From NCBI GenBank assembly GCA_008632985.1, contig QPGO01000286.1:1-64000 (forward strand): DNA of 64,000 nucleotides, read 5' to 3'. Source of the stretch: Psammoneis japonica. Its lineage: Eukaryota. Both the position numbers and the translations under genes were made by a program. The notes beneath the pieces are model-generated. The model had not been told where the DNA came from and did no database searches. It worked only from the letters and a program-made list of their open reading frames with translations. Below are positions 1-13,090 of this stretch, one piece after another (the first letter of the stretch is position 1; the number at the start of each line of letters is the position of its first letter).

Positions 1-735
1 CCGCCAAGGCCACCTGGACTGTGCCAAGCGTGTCTGTGGATTCCTCTCCAAGATGCAACATGGTGCCCTCCGAGTGTGCACTGAGGAACCCAACTGTTCG
101 GACCTTCCCAAGCCTGTGTGTGACTGGGCTCAGCCCGCATGTGGGGAGGCAGAAGAACTGCTCCCACAAGATGTGCCTGAGCCACTTGGCAAGTTTGTCA
201 CCACAACTCACTGTGTTGATGCAAACTTGTTCCATTGCATGCTCAGTGGGCTTTCTGTTGCGGGCATCATTCATTTCCTCAACAAGTTTTTGGCTGATTG
301 ATTCTCCAAGAAACAAGCAACTGTCAAGACTGCTGCATGTGGATCTTAATTTGTTGCCACAAGGACATGTGTTGAGCAGATCATTGATCTGCGCATCACT
401 TCACATCACCTTGGCGTCCCCGTCCGTGAAACATGTTACATGTTCGGGGACAACAAGCTGGTTGTGGACAGTGCTGCCATCCTGCACTCCAAGTTACACA
501 AGTGACACACCACCCTCTCATTCCACTGTGTGCCTGAGATGATTGCTTCCGGTTTCCTCAAGTTTCACTTCATTGAAGGTTCCCGCAACCCAGCTGACAT
601 TCTCAGCAAACACCAGGGCTGCTCCCAGGTCTGGAACCTCCTTCATCCCCTGATGTTTTGGAACTTTGATCCGGAAGCTTTCAACCAATCTGACCTCAAA
701 TCCATTGCTGTTGGCCCCTCAAGCAAACTGGGGAG
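1..735 (+). pseudogene. Ty1/copia (CoDi-like) pol 3' end (RT/RNase H), degenerate, ending in the polypurine tract
   Basis: Translation EMIASGFLKFHFIEGSRNPADILSKH..SQVWNLLHPLMFW matches the Copia RNase H C-terminus (NPADILTK motif). GGGGAG (730-735) directly precedes the LTR. Confidence 0.85.
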
Positions 736-981
736 TGACAGGATTTGAGCAAGATTTTGGTTTGTCACACATGATTGTGTGTGCTCTCAGCTTTGTACGT
801 GGTGCATGATGCAGTTTGCTTTCAAGCCACACAGCTCACAAGAACAATGACAGCAGCACCAACATCACAACACCAGTCTTTTGGCTCCTGCAATGGTCTC
901 TGCACGGAGCCTCATCTGCCATTTAGACAGCAGCAAGGAGTCATTGTTTTCTTCCACCCCAGCAATCTTCATTTTCTGTCA
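736..981 (+). mobile_element. Copia 3' LTR, copy 1 (246 bp)
   Basis: TGACAG...CTGTCA termini, follows the PPT, and aligns with the copies at 13638-13897 and 38185-38429. Confidence 0.9.
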
Positions 982-1420
982 CTGCTTGTTCACCCATTGG
1001 CATCTTGAGATGACCAATGCACAGTTCAATGCTCTCTTCCCACAGAACAGTGCAGCCACAAAGAAGACTCCCAAGAACTTGCTGTGCAACATTTGTGGCA
1101 AGCCAGACATTGGGCTTGTGATTGTCCAGACAAGCCCCAGACAGCCAGAGTCTAAAGTTGCTGATGGCAAGACTTGGTGCTGGTGTGGCATGTGCCACCA
1201 TTGGTCCACTCCTCATGGCGCCATTGAGCATGGTTGCAAGGATGGTGCTCCTTCTGCTCTGACACAACAAGCCAACACCCTGTTCCTGGACCCTGGCACA
1301 CAGCACCCAGATTTTGAATTTGAGTTGGGGATCAAGGACATGCTGCTTGAACTGTTTCAGGCGGCACATGCCTTGTTTCATCCTTTTGCCTCCCTTTTTC
1401 TCTTTGCTGCTCTGGGGTGA
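982..1420 (+). pseudogene. Copia gag-region fragment (Cys/His knuckle), degenerate
   Basis: KVADGKTWCWCGMCHHWSTPHGAIEH resembles the W-x-WC..C..W..H motif of diatom Copia gag. TpA-depleted. Confidence 0.55.
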
Positions 1421-3405
1421 TGGTGTTCTCAACTGCCAGCTGGTTGGTGGGGTGTTGGCATTGACACTGTGACACTTGTGCTGTCAAAGTTTGAACACAA
1501 TGCCTGTGCCAAAGCACTGTGTGCTCCTTCTTCTCCTCCACCACCCTGTTGGGCGGTGCAACAAGGCACCAAATTCTACATGAGTTGTCACTGTTGGGGA
1601 TGCTGCAGGGTGCAAGATGTCTTTCCTTCTCACACTGGACAGTGTCATGCTTCTCCAAAGTGGCGTGTTGCTTTGGTGTTGTGTTGTCATCATTCTGTTT
1701 TGTGCTCATCACAGAGGTGCACTGGGCAGTTTTGGACATGTTGGCAGCACAGAAAGGATTGATTTGGAGCGAGGTGACATGACCACAAAGCCAGCTGCAT
1801 GCTGCACACGGATGTCTCATTGTGATCATGCACTGCTGCCAGCATTGCACAAAATGGCAAAGATGGCCAAGCTGGTGCTTGTGTGTGGCAGCCAAAAGCA
1901 ATGCTGACCCGCGTCTCTCTTTGGAGGGAGCACATCTTTTCAGCTGTCTGCGTGTGTTTGTGCATGGGCAGCTCCAGGTTTTGTTCTTTCTCTATAGAGC
2001 GACATTGGGTTGTCATCTCAACTGGCCCCACTCGGGCAAAAAATCGAACCACTCAGTGGTTCGCAACTTGCGCAGCATGAAACTCACAACTTGCACAACA
2101 AAGTGGCACCCTCCCCACACACAACCTTTTGACAGAGTCAAAACGCTGTCATTCTCAATGCACCATGTTGTCAGCAACTGCTCGTGCGTGTGTGGAGCAC
2201 AGTCACCATCAAATCACCGTCATGGTCGTCGGTGGCAATTTTCTCACCCTGCAGAAACCACCGCAGAGCAGCACCAGAAAAGAAGATCGAACCATTGAAT
2301 GGTTCGCTGCGCAGACAAGTGCCAAGAGCCCCGCAGAATTGGCAAACCATGATGTGGTTCGGGGAAAATGCACAGAAATCTACGTCAAATTTGCGCCAGT
2401 GGGAAAATGCCAAAATTTCAAAATTCATCAGAAAAATGAGGCACGACGATGAACAACATGGCAGCAGTGCAGCGACTTTTAAGAATCGAGCAAACTGCTG
2501 AAATGAAGTTGGCATCTTGTCAAATGGACATTGCCTCATCATCTGATGTTGAGTCACCATGGACATCTCATTGTTGTTCACATTTTTTCCCATCATTTGT
2601 GGGGTCGTTTTTGGCTTGCCCCCCCAAACCATGTGATGGTTCGGGGCAAGCTGCGCACGAATTCTTGATTTTGCATGGCAAACCACTGGATGGTTTGTGC
2701 TGGGAGTGGGGCCAGCTGGAACATGAATTCAGCAAACACAAGTGGAGCACTTTCACAAAATGCAACTCAACTGCTGTGACACTTGCAAAGGGAACAGCTT
2801 TGACGCACCTTCGTTGCCATTGCCACCACCAGCCACGACAGGGATCATGATGAGCGCCAACTGCAAGAGTTGATCTTCAGCAGCTGCAGCAGCAGCATGA
2901 TGATCATGTGGTTGCACAGGACCCAGGACACTGTCGATTTGGTTGGGAAAAGCACGATGTCACTGGCACCCACCAACTGCTGGCGGTGGGTTCAGAGCTC
3001 CACCAACTCCTGGAGGTGGGTGCATGGGGGTCCTCCAACTCCAAAATGATTGGTGACAAGGTTGGGCCAGCAAAGCCTCCAGCTGATGCAGATCCTGAAT
3101 TGTTCCATTGGGGTTGGAGACAACACTGCCAGTTGCAATCTTGCTGATGGAGAACTTCACAACTTCAGTGGCTTCACTTTTGCCACAAAAAAATTGAATC
3201 TTGCTCGCAAGGTTGTAAAATTCAGGTGCACTTGCCCCGACAGAAATTCAGCCCATTGGCCATTGCCGGTTAAACATCAGAGTGCGACGGCCTGGGTTCA
3301 ACAGCTCTGGCTGCTCTCCAGCAGAGCAGAGAGCGGTTTCACGGTGAGCAGTTTGAACACACAGGGACACACGGCATTTTGTCGCATTTGGCAACATTTT
3401 CTTAA

Positions 3406-4299
3406 GACGGGTTCCAGTCCTGCTGCAGGTGGGACTCCGTGTGACATTGGGCCCGTAGAATTCTATGTGCGAGCCCCGCAGTGCGAGAATTCAATTGATG
3501 GACACATTTGTCTTCAACATCAAATGAACTGCCAAGTTTGTGGTGCAATTGTGCCTCTTGCCACTCGACGTTTTTGCAAATGCGCCTGCCCTGCGCGATT
3601 CTTAACGTGGTGCGGGTGCAAAAGTGGGCCAGATTCTGTGCACGCAGAGCTTGGCATGTTTTCCACACAAATCGCTAAAGTCGGCTCGCCAACTTGAACC
3701 CTCTCCAGGACGATGGAAACATGGACATTTCACATGACAAAGTGTTTGGACTGCACAACCACACTCTCCTCGACTTGTTTGTGACAAGAAGTTACAAGTT
3801 TCCATGGGTTTCTCGTTTTGCACAGCTCTTTGAAACTCGAGCGTCGCGATTTCGGCACCTTTCTGATTAGATTCATTACACATCATCAGAAACCCATGAA
3901 AACTTGCAACTTCTCATCACAAACAAGTCGAGGAGAGTGTAGTTGTGCAGTCCAAACACTTTGTCATGTGAAATGTCCAAGTTTCCATCGTCCTGGAGAG
4001 GGTTCAAGTTGGCGAGCCAACTTTAGCGATTTGTGTGGAAAACACACTAAGATCTACGTACGTAGAATCTGGCCCACTTTTGCACCCGTGCCACCTCAAG
4101 ACATTGTAGAATCGCGCTGTGACAAAAAATGTCAAAAGTTGTTGGACGGATCGCTCAACAAGTGTGCAGTGCCGTAAAATGACACAAAATGTCGAAAAAA
4201 TCACGTGGAAATCTACGTGCGCGACATACGACGTGATTCAAAAAACTGTCGATGTCACAGTTCAGCAGTGCGAGGTCCCACCTAGACCTGGAACGCGTC
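3406..4299 (+). mobile_element. MITE family A, copy 1 (contains the foldback insertion)
   Basis: TIRs GACG(C/G)GTTCCAG..GGTGGGAC; TSD TTAA at 3402-3405 and 4300-4303. Confidence 0.9.
3606..4095. mobile_element. Foldback element, 208-bp inverted arms, 74-bp spacer, TTAA target (Kolobok-like termini)
   Basis: Arms 3606-3813 and 3888-4095 are reverse complements. Flanks TTAA/TCAA. The empty site GATTCTTAAGAC is present in MITE copy 2 (~5104-5115). Confidence 0.9.
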
Positions 4300-4479
4300 T
4301 TAAATGGGTTGATGATTTGTCACAAAAAGACGCGAATTGCGACAAAATGTCCGGGTTGGCGACAAACGGGACAGAAACATTGTTCAATCAAGCGACAAAA
4401 TGATTGATGTAAAAATGAACCATTGGTTCAGCGGTTCAGCACGGCTGGCTCGGAAAGCAAGACATTTTTACTTAGAAAA

Positions 4480-4680
4480 TGACATGATGACATGGTGAAG
4501 ATGACGTCACATGCAAAAAAACAATGTCCTGGTGTGATGTCATCTTCAATGTCTTGTCTCTAAGTGATGTCAAGCATGTCACATCGCATGACATCATGTC
4601 ACATGGTGTGACACAATGTGACATCACATGATGTGATGTGACATGATGTGACATGAGATGACACAGCAGATGACGACATT
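4480..4680. repeat. Degenerate pentanucleotide microsatellite (GATGT/GACAT-like)
   Basis: Runs such as gatgtgatgtgacatgatgtgacatg. Confidence 0.7.
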
Positions 4681-4917
4681 GCAAACACACCTTTCTTCTT
4701 GTGCCTTTTGGCTTTTCCTTTCACTTGGACATTGAGAGCCTCGGGCAAAAACTCACCAGACATGACAAACAAGGTCGCAATGAAGTCATTCCCAGCCATT
4801 GAAGAGCACTCCATGCTGCAAAGGAAAAGGTCACAGGAAAGAAGAAGCATCGCGTGCACCATGAAAAAGAAAGGATCTGGGACGGCTTTGGAGCTTTGCC
4901 GCGTGCATGACGTTGCA

Positions 4918-5306
4918 GACGCGTTCCAGCCCTGGGTGGGACTCCGTGTGACATTGGGCCCGTAGAATTCTACGTGCGAGCTCCGTAGTGTGAGAATTTA
5001 ATTGATGTGTGCATGTGTCTTCAACATCAAATAAACGGCCAAGTTTGTGGTGCAATTGTGCCTCTTGCCACTCGACGTTTTTGCAAATGCACCTGCCCTG
5101 CGCGATTCTTAAGACATCACAGAATCGCGCTGCAACAAAAAATGTCAAAAGTTTTTGGACGGATCGCTCAACAAGTGCACCGTAAAATGACACAAAATAT
5201 AAAAAAATCACATAGAATTCTGTGTGCGCGACATACGACGAGATTCAAAAAACTGTCGATGTCACAGTTCAGCAGTGCGAGGTCCCACCTGGACCTGGAA
5301 CGCGTC
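4918..5306 (+). mobile_element. MITE family A, copy 2 (389 bp)
   Basis: GACGCGTTCCAG...CTGGAACGCGTC termini; TSD TGCA at 4914-4917 and 5307-5310. Confidence 0.9.
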
Positions 5307-5664
5307 TGCATTCATTGAGATGGACAGGACAGCTGTGCGCGACATTGCATTTGTTGAGACAGGACAAATTGAGCTTTGGTTCAGCACTGGTTCAGCAAAA
5401 ATCAATTGCCCTTTGGATGCTGGCTCAGCAAAAAATGTCTTGGCTCAGCACTTTGTTGCTTGTGGTTTTTGAATCATTGCAATTTTGTTCTTTTGTTGTT
5501 GAGAGATGATGTGATTTACAACCAACCTGCACTTTGGCGATGTCGTTTCAATGAGTGGGGCAATCAACAGAATTTGGCGATCGACGTCATCAACGAAAAT
5601 TCATGCGACAAAATTTGTCGCATCCGACAAATTTTGTCGGACGTCTGACAAAATTTGTTGGCAT

Positions 5665-5750
5665 GCAACACGACAAGACACGACACGACACAACAAGACA
5701 TGACACGTCACAACACAACACATCACGACACGTCACGACATGACGACTCA
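5665..5750. repeat. Pentanucleotide microsatellite (ACACG-like)
   Basis: acacgacacgacacaacaagacatgacacg runs. Confidence 0.7.
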
Positions 5751-6445
5751 CGAACGAAACACCCGCGCCTCCCGTGCCGCACACCGCACCGGACAACATC
5801 GTGCGCTTCTGCACAGTGGAGTGGAGTGCACCGGCGCGCATTGCTGCGCTGTGCCTTTTGTCAGCAGGCAGGCAGCTCTCTTGTGAACGGCAGGCAAATC
5901 TCGTGGAGACAGCACGTCCATACGACTGGGCACTTCTGAATGTTGGGGAGCGTTGTCCGCATGTCGCAAACGTCCGTCTGTCGGCGTTTGTCGGCTCGCT
6001 CTTGTCGGCGTTTGTCGTATGTTGTCGGGGTTTGTCGGATACGACAAAATTTGTCGTACGTCCGACAAAATTTGTCGCATCCGATAAAATTTGTCGAACG
6101 TACGACAAAATCGCCAAAACATTAATAAGAAAGTACAGTCTTCGCAGAAAGTTGAATTCATCATGTGGCACTGTAGTTGATATAACGTTTGTGTTTAGGA
6201 CACGCCATCGCCAATTAAATGATGATTTTGTCTTATTTATCGCCAACGATTGAAATTTGTCTCAAAGGGCGTTTTTCACGACAAATCGTCCAATTCATTT
6301 AAGGGAATGTCGCAATTGGCGACAAAATGCCGTGTGCCCCGCCCAGCAGAGGAGTCATCAAAACTTACATCCGGGTGTTTTTCATTCACCCCAAACCACG
6401 ATCGAAGCACGTCGCTCCAACAAAAATAAACGCCTTGTGTGCACC

Positions 6446-7841
6446 ATGAGCACGGAACCGGAATCTGCCGTGGTCCAGGAGGCCAATGACACGCCTTTGA
6501 TCACTGTGGGACAGGAGTCACACTTTGACACACTTCTGATCCGCTTTGAGAAGGCTTGTCGTGACGTTGCGGCACCCAAGCCCCTAATGCCGACGTCCGA
6601 GTTTCCCAACAGCCCCCCCCTCCCCAAAACCAACAACACCCAACATGGATACAATGTGCTCACCGTAGCTTGTGCCATTGCTCATCACAACAAAGAGAAA
6701 TGTCCCTTTGGGCTGAAGGCAAGAGGCAAACAGGCTCCTGCAGGTGGCGAGCGGATAAAACTGAAAGTCGAGCGCTGCTCTTTCAACTGCATTTGCAGCG
6801 ACAAAGCCAGAAGGGCATACATGACTTGGAAAACAAGACATGAAAAAGAAAAGAACTCTGGCCCGAGGAAGAGGCGTCAGACATACCGTAAGATCTGTTA
6901 TGACCATGCACTTGACAACACCTGTGACCTGCCGACCTGCGATTGCTGCAAGACAGCGGGTTGCGACGGAAAGCAGGCCAACGGGGAACGCACCTGTGTG
7001 ACATGTCAGTCAAAGAAAAAATTGGATGGCATCGACTTCAAGCGAGCTAAAATTTCGACACGAACAATCAAGGAGGACGACTTGGTGCGGTCGCCGCCGT
7101 TTGTATTTTGGAACCCAGGTCAAGATGCAGAGGACACGAAACTGCATGAAAGGTACCAAATGGAAGAATCATTTCGTCACGTTGCAAAGGTGTCGAACCC
7201 CCCCAACCCCAAAACCTCAACAAGACCTAACCTTCAATCAAGCTCAGCATTTAGGGAAAGGGATTGGCGGGATTTGCTAGCGTCTAACAAGGTGTGCTCC
7301 TATTTTCATGCTTTTTGTTTTGTTTCTGGCAAGATGCTTTCATTTCCAACACAGGAAAATTGTCATTTTTGTGTTTTGGTGACAGGCAGCTAACCGGTCT
7401 GTTGAAAATGAAATGATTTCTGAATCTGGTGTGAAGGACAATATCGACTCGTTTGGGTTTGCCGACAACGATGGCTTAGATGTCCCAACGGACAACGATA
7501 ATACTGGTAACGACACCACCTCCAGCAACACCACTACAGCAACTTCGTTGCAATCTTCTCCAGTTCAAAACAGCAGCATTGAAAATGAGGACACTTTGGT
7601 CGGGACCGAGACCAAACAAAACCGAGAACTCTGTGAAGTGGATGGCACTAGAGACGAGGGGGTGGAGAAGGACTCTGACAGTCAGTATCAGGAGAAGAAT
7701 GGGCGCCCGTGTGATGATTCAAAAGACCAGAACAGGCAGAGACTAATGAAGGTTGCCAGGAAGCTCAAGGTGCAGGTAGATTGGGCGACAGACGACGAGG
7801 CCGAAACTGAGGGCTGCGGTTGTCAAACTTTATATTTGTGA
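6446..7841 (+). CDS. Hypothetical protein with Cys-rich central region and acidic C-terminus; exons 6446-7291 and 7386-7841
   Basis: ATG at 6446. A 94-bp GT..AG intron (7292-7385) joins the two ORFs in frame. Tyr codons are present. Confidence 0.6.
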
Positions 7842-9199
7842 TACCGGTGCAACTGCTTGTTGCTTTATCCAATATTGGTGGGTACAGTACCAACTTATAC
7901 TGCATCTATATAGCATTTTCTTTACCGTGTCTCACATAAAACTGTTAGTAGCTAATTGATGCAACGGAACGCTGCAGGAACACTTATGCAAAAGTGGCGG
8001 CCGGCTGTAGTTGTTGGGCTTGAACCCCTGCTCGAGAACAAGTAGTTCAACAGTGCAGTAGGTTCTTCTCTGTCCAAGATATCCCGTATTGAATGAAACA
8101 CGCTGCGAGCAACGCATGGTTTGTGATCTTGTAGCTGCGTAGCCTCTTGCGTTTCGTTTCATCTCCAGTCACATAATCCATAGGATTTGGGTTTCCTTCA
8201 AAATACTGGTGAGTCTGCACCAGAAGTCTTCAAAAAGACTCGGTCTTACCAATCTCATATTTCTTCTTTTCAGGAAGTGTGTCAAGATATGCGGGTGTTT
8301 TCAAAGGCAATTTCGCCCTAGCAAATGTCCTACCGATGTCCGTGGTTTCGTTTATTGTTAGGTCGTCGGTATCTAGGGCCTACCGTAGAGCTGCGAGCCA
8401 AGGCATAAATCACGAAGAGATGGACTCAACTCTAGAGCTTCCACGCGCCGACAAGCGACACTCACTCATCGTCTTCTTGTTGCACGAAACTTCTTTCGAT
8501 ACTTCATCCCTTGTCATATCTTGAGCTTTTCCTTTTCCGCAGCTTGCGCTTCAGGTCTTCCAAATCACAGGATTCTGGATAATCCCCTCCTTCACCTTGT
8601 GTGCCGACCTGGGTAATCGGAATGTTATTGTTGTTATTGTTGGATGAGGCTCTCCCGTAGTATCCGTGCGGGCCATCCTCTTTTTCTCTTTGGCATGGTG
8701 GATGAGAGGGGGTCATGGCTCGTTGAGAAAGGTTGATGAAAAGCTCACCGCCAGTGGAGTGTTACACAATGGTGTTGACAAGAATGAAGAAGATGACGAT
8801 CCGTCCGTTGTGTTTTCAGCCGACGTACTCATGAGCTACTACGAACGATTGTCAAATACGCAAAGTGTGAATATGGAATGAACCATTTTCTCTAACACCT
8901 AGCACGCATCAACATGAAGCTATCCTGTGACTGCTCCACGTCGACACTCAGAAGTCTTTAAGATAAGAAAGCGTCATGGAAACTTTAAAGAAATACACTT
9001 GGGACTTGACTGTGCTTAATAGGGTCGACGCGACCTGGCCGCAAACAGCGTCAGTACGTATTCTGCAACAGTTCGATCCGCCATCGTTGCGGCTTCATTA
9101 GGAGAGTGGACGAAGCCGAGTGAGCTTTGCGGTTCGAGTTGGCACGATAGATTATACGTAGGAGTTTGCTTACAACGGTCGTCACAACTTAGAAGTCGC

Positions 9200-10560
9200 G
9201 ATCTTACTGACACCTACTATGAGCAGAATTCGGATCCGCTCAATCTGCTCCGAAAGGCGCTCTTTGTCTACATAATACAGCTCGACCGATATCAATGACT
9301 TTTGCGCGATTGGGGTCGTCTATACTCGGAACTATTTTCCGAAGTGCAATGTCATTGTGAAGGACCCAGCTTTGCTCAGTGATTCTGCACTACGCACAGC
9401 CGAATGTTTGAGCCCTTCCGACAATTTTCCGAGACCAATGTCGTCAAAGCCGTCCAACTCTCGCTCAATGCAAGTCATTCCGACTCCCAGATGAGTACTG
9501 TAGCCCCGAAAACGAGGAAGCACGCCCTCCAAATCGGACCTGCCTGCAAGCGCTTGGAACATTCTAGCCTCGTTGTCCATTTCTTTGGCGACACGCGACA
9601 TACTTGGATCTCGTTGTACCTTCACGAGAACGGATGGATATTTCGGCGTCGTGAGTAGCTGAATCGTACTCGTCATATCAGAAAGTTCGCAGTCCCAGAC
9701 AAAGAGCGTAGACGCCAGATTTTCTTGTCCTGAACTTGATCCAGTTCCGTCTCCTCGTCCAAAGCCTTTCCCATTGTTTGGGCCGCCGTTGTAGCTCGGA
9801 GGGAGTCTTGGAGGCTTTTTTCGTTGTAAATCATCGCGATTGCTAGATCTCTTTTGTTGCGCTCGAGCCGCCTTTCTTGCAGAACTTGGGTGCACCGGAG
9901 CGTTCACGAGTTCATGGTTTTCAAACCCTGTCATTGTCTTAATGCTTGAAAAACTGAGGGTTCCACATCGGTACTTGCAAAGGGGCGTGAGATTTCTAAC
10001 GCGCCATCTTCCGTTCGCTTACAGAAAAGCCATCGTTCATAAGTATGCATGATACCATAACGTCGCTTCCCGGATAACATCTGCCAGTAGAGCTGGCGAA
10101 CCAAATAATGGAAGATCTTCTTTTTAGGATTCAGCCAGTGCTCCGGAAGAGATTCTTCGTCACACATCTTTTCGCAATCAAAGTTCCGTGGCACCTCCCA
10201 TTGTTCAATAACGTACCGATGACTGTTTTCTTCTTCTTAGAAATCGAATTTCGAAGAGGGTTTAGTTTGGAAACAGGTACAACTATCGACGGCGCCGGCT
10301 GCCACTTTAAACTTTGCGTCGCTGGTCTGCACGCTTCCCTTTGGCCGGTGAAAAGAATTCGGATCGAGGACGACTCCCCCAAACCTCTGGAGCCTCTTTT
10401 TCCTTTTTCAGCAATAAGACCATCGGGGTTGGTGCAAAGATTTCAGCGACAAGTCGAACTTTGTCCATTTCCAACAAAAAGTCTGATTTTGGCAAAAATT
10501 AGCGGTTTGTTGAACACAACAACAACAGCAAATCTGATAATTGGCTTTTGAAGGTTGAAA
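9200..10560 (-). pseudogene. Frameshifted protein kinase-like gene
   Basis: Across frames: VLVK, EMDNEARMF, LPRFRG, then VLHNDIALRKIV (catalytic loop) and KVIDIGR (DFG-like). Frameshifts near 9365 and 9935. Ends are approximate. Confidence 0.7.
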
Positions 10561-10849
10561 AGTGTACTCCAGTTCACAGAGCGAGGTCCAATGGCCCTGA
10601 TGGGGGCTGGACACACTCACTCATGCTCCTGAGTGATTGGGGGTGCTCAGAGGCATCGCAAAATGACACGGGCGAAGTGTCGTGCGAGAAAATTGCAAAA
10701 TCACGAGCTGATTAAAAAAATGCCTCTGCATGTCGACCCATCCTTGACAATTGATCAATCGCCACCTTCGCAGAAATGTGCAGGACATGCACCAAGAACC
10801 TCCAACTTTGCTTTTTGGGTGCTCCATTTAAAGGCAAGTGCGAGGGTGA

Positions 10850-13090
10850 GTGCAGCCAACAACAGCGAAGGATGGTCAATGCAGAGATGGCCGATCACCG
10901 TCCTGCATGAAAAAACTGCAATGTGACAGCATCTGGGTGTGTTCTGTTGCTGGAACCCGGAAGGGATTCCAGAGGGGTCACAATCAAGCCAGCCAAAAAC
11001 ACCCATTTGAGATGCACTCGCAACACAGAAAGGAAAAGACTGTGAAGAGACTGCAGCACAGGACAGGCAGGCAGGCCAGACAGATCCGATCCATGCCGCA
11101 ACCTGTCTGTGGGCTGCTCGTCTGCAGTGCTGGAGCAGATGCAGCTGGGTGGAAGAGGTGCAGCAGACAGGCAAGAGGCTGAAGAAGCAGTCCTTCCCCT
11201 GTCCTTTGAACCTGGGGAGGCCCCCAATGTCAATCAGCGGCAGTGTCGCCATGCAGTTGCACGCTCATGTCTCCTTGAGCAAGGAAGTTAAATCCTTCGA
11301 GTGCTCACTTGCCTTCCATCATGTGCATCCTCTCCTTGGTCAAGAGGGGAAAAGCAGGCCCTGCCAAGGAACCCAAGGGCTCTGGGTTGACAGCCATCAA
11401 GAAGGGGCCCCACATTTGTCGCTGAGGTCAAAACCTTTCAACACCCAAGTGTGTCACACTGCTGGCTCAAATGTCATGCATGGGCTGATGCGCTCTCAGC
11501 TCAACGCGATTTGCTCCTCTCTGGCCACTGCTGAGGCCTGTCTGTCCCATGCCAAGGTCCTGTCCTTGCTTCTCACAGTTGCTGATGCTCTGAAGGTGGC
11601 ATTCACAAGTCCTGCAAAGACAAAAGAAGTGGCTCAGGAGCACACTTTTCCAGCCATTTGGTGCTCAGGAGCCAGCACATCAGTTTCACCTTGCAAGGAT
11701 GACTTTGTTGGACCTCTCAAGAAGCCTGCCATGCTGTTGCACCATTTGCCTCAAAGGCATTGCCAAAGCACTGCATGTGGTGGGTGTTGGATGTGTTGCT
11801 TGGTCTTTTGTGGTCATTGCTGGAGTCCTGAGAACCCTGAAGGTGCCTGCACGCTGTGTCCCAAAGGCCAAGGCTGGACTTTTGAGCATTGCCTGCTTGC
11901 TGCAGATGCACCTGAATAAGACCATTGAGCCAATGGCAGACTGAACCATGTCCTCAGCAAGTCCAAGAACAATGAAGTGCAGCCCAGGCATGGAATTGAG
12001 GCACTGGTTGAGCCCTTGACTAATTTTCTTTTCAGATGGGCCCATGTGAATCAAGTGAGTCAACAAATTTGTCAGGAGTTTCATCTTGCTCTGTTGGCAA
12101 TTGTGGAAAAGAATTGCAATCTCTCACCTGCTGAGAAAGAGTCACTCTGTTGGCATTTTTGCCTTGGACATTTAAGCTTGGGGCATTTTTTGATGTGCGC
12201 GGGCATTCTGTCCCTTTCTGAGGGAACTTGACATCTGCACGTGCATGCTTGTTTCATTGATTGTCCCCCTGTTTGCACCATGTGCTAACATGGCAAACAG
12301 AAATGCCGTCCAAGCCCTGGAAAGGCTTCTCATGTGGCGAGGGATCAAGCAGGAGCTCTCAAAAAGAACAATCTGTTTCCTGTGTTTCACGCATGGCCAT
12401 TTGAAGCATGCCTTTGGAAAAGAAAACACACACAACATCAGTGCTCAGGTGGTGCCATCTTTGTGGACCATGCATCAGGCCACGTTGACAATGTTCAACA
12501 TCAAGCTTGCCTTGGCTCTCATGAGACTCTGAAGGCCAAGCCAATGTTGAGGTTCATTGTTGCAAGTTTGGTGTCATTCCTCTGGAATGTTTGAGCATGA
12601 CAATGGGGAGGTGTTTGCATCAGTCAACTGTCATGTCCACTTGGAAACTTGTGCTCAAGCATCAAAGTGTGCCAATGTTGGAGCTCATTGTCACAATGGA
12701 ATTGCAGAATGTGCTGTGCACACTGTGATGTCAACAGCATGGACCACGATGCTGCACGCTGCAATTCATTGGCTCAATGCTGCTGATGCCACTCTGTGGC
12801 CACTTGCCGTGGATCTCTGTGGATCACACGGTTGTGCTTTGCAATGCCATGCCTGACCCATCTGCGTGTTGAAGTCCCAAGGATGTGTTTGCAAAGATGC
12901 GTGGCATCCCCATGCTTGATTCCAGGATTGTTGTGCTTGGGGTTGCCCTGCTTGCATTCTTGACAAGAAAATTGCTGATGGAAAGAAACTGCCGAAGTGG
13001 AAACCCTGCGCAAGTTGGCATGTCTCTGTGTGGGACTCAGCTCTGAGCACACCTTGTTGTCAGTCCCGCCCACTGGCACTGAGTCTTGAA
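10850..13090 (+). pseudogene. Copia gag-protease-integrase remnant, heavily mutated
   Basis: WCSGASTSVS (protease DSGA-like), NLSPAEKE..WHFCLGH (pre-integrase), GGAIFVDHASG, DNG, GAHCHNGIAE, LWPLAVD (integrase core). Confidence 0.85.

Larger units (their letters stand above)
3364..6340. mobile_element. Non-autonomous TIR DNA element hosting nested insertions
   Basis: Left end GGGACACACGGCATTTTGTCGC...TTAA|ATGGGTTGATGATTTGTC (split by the MITE) matches the reverse complement of ~6270-6340. Internal CGACAAAATTTGTCG arrays. No clear TSD. Confidence 0.7.
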
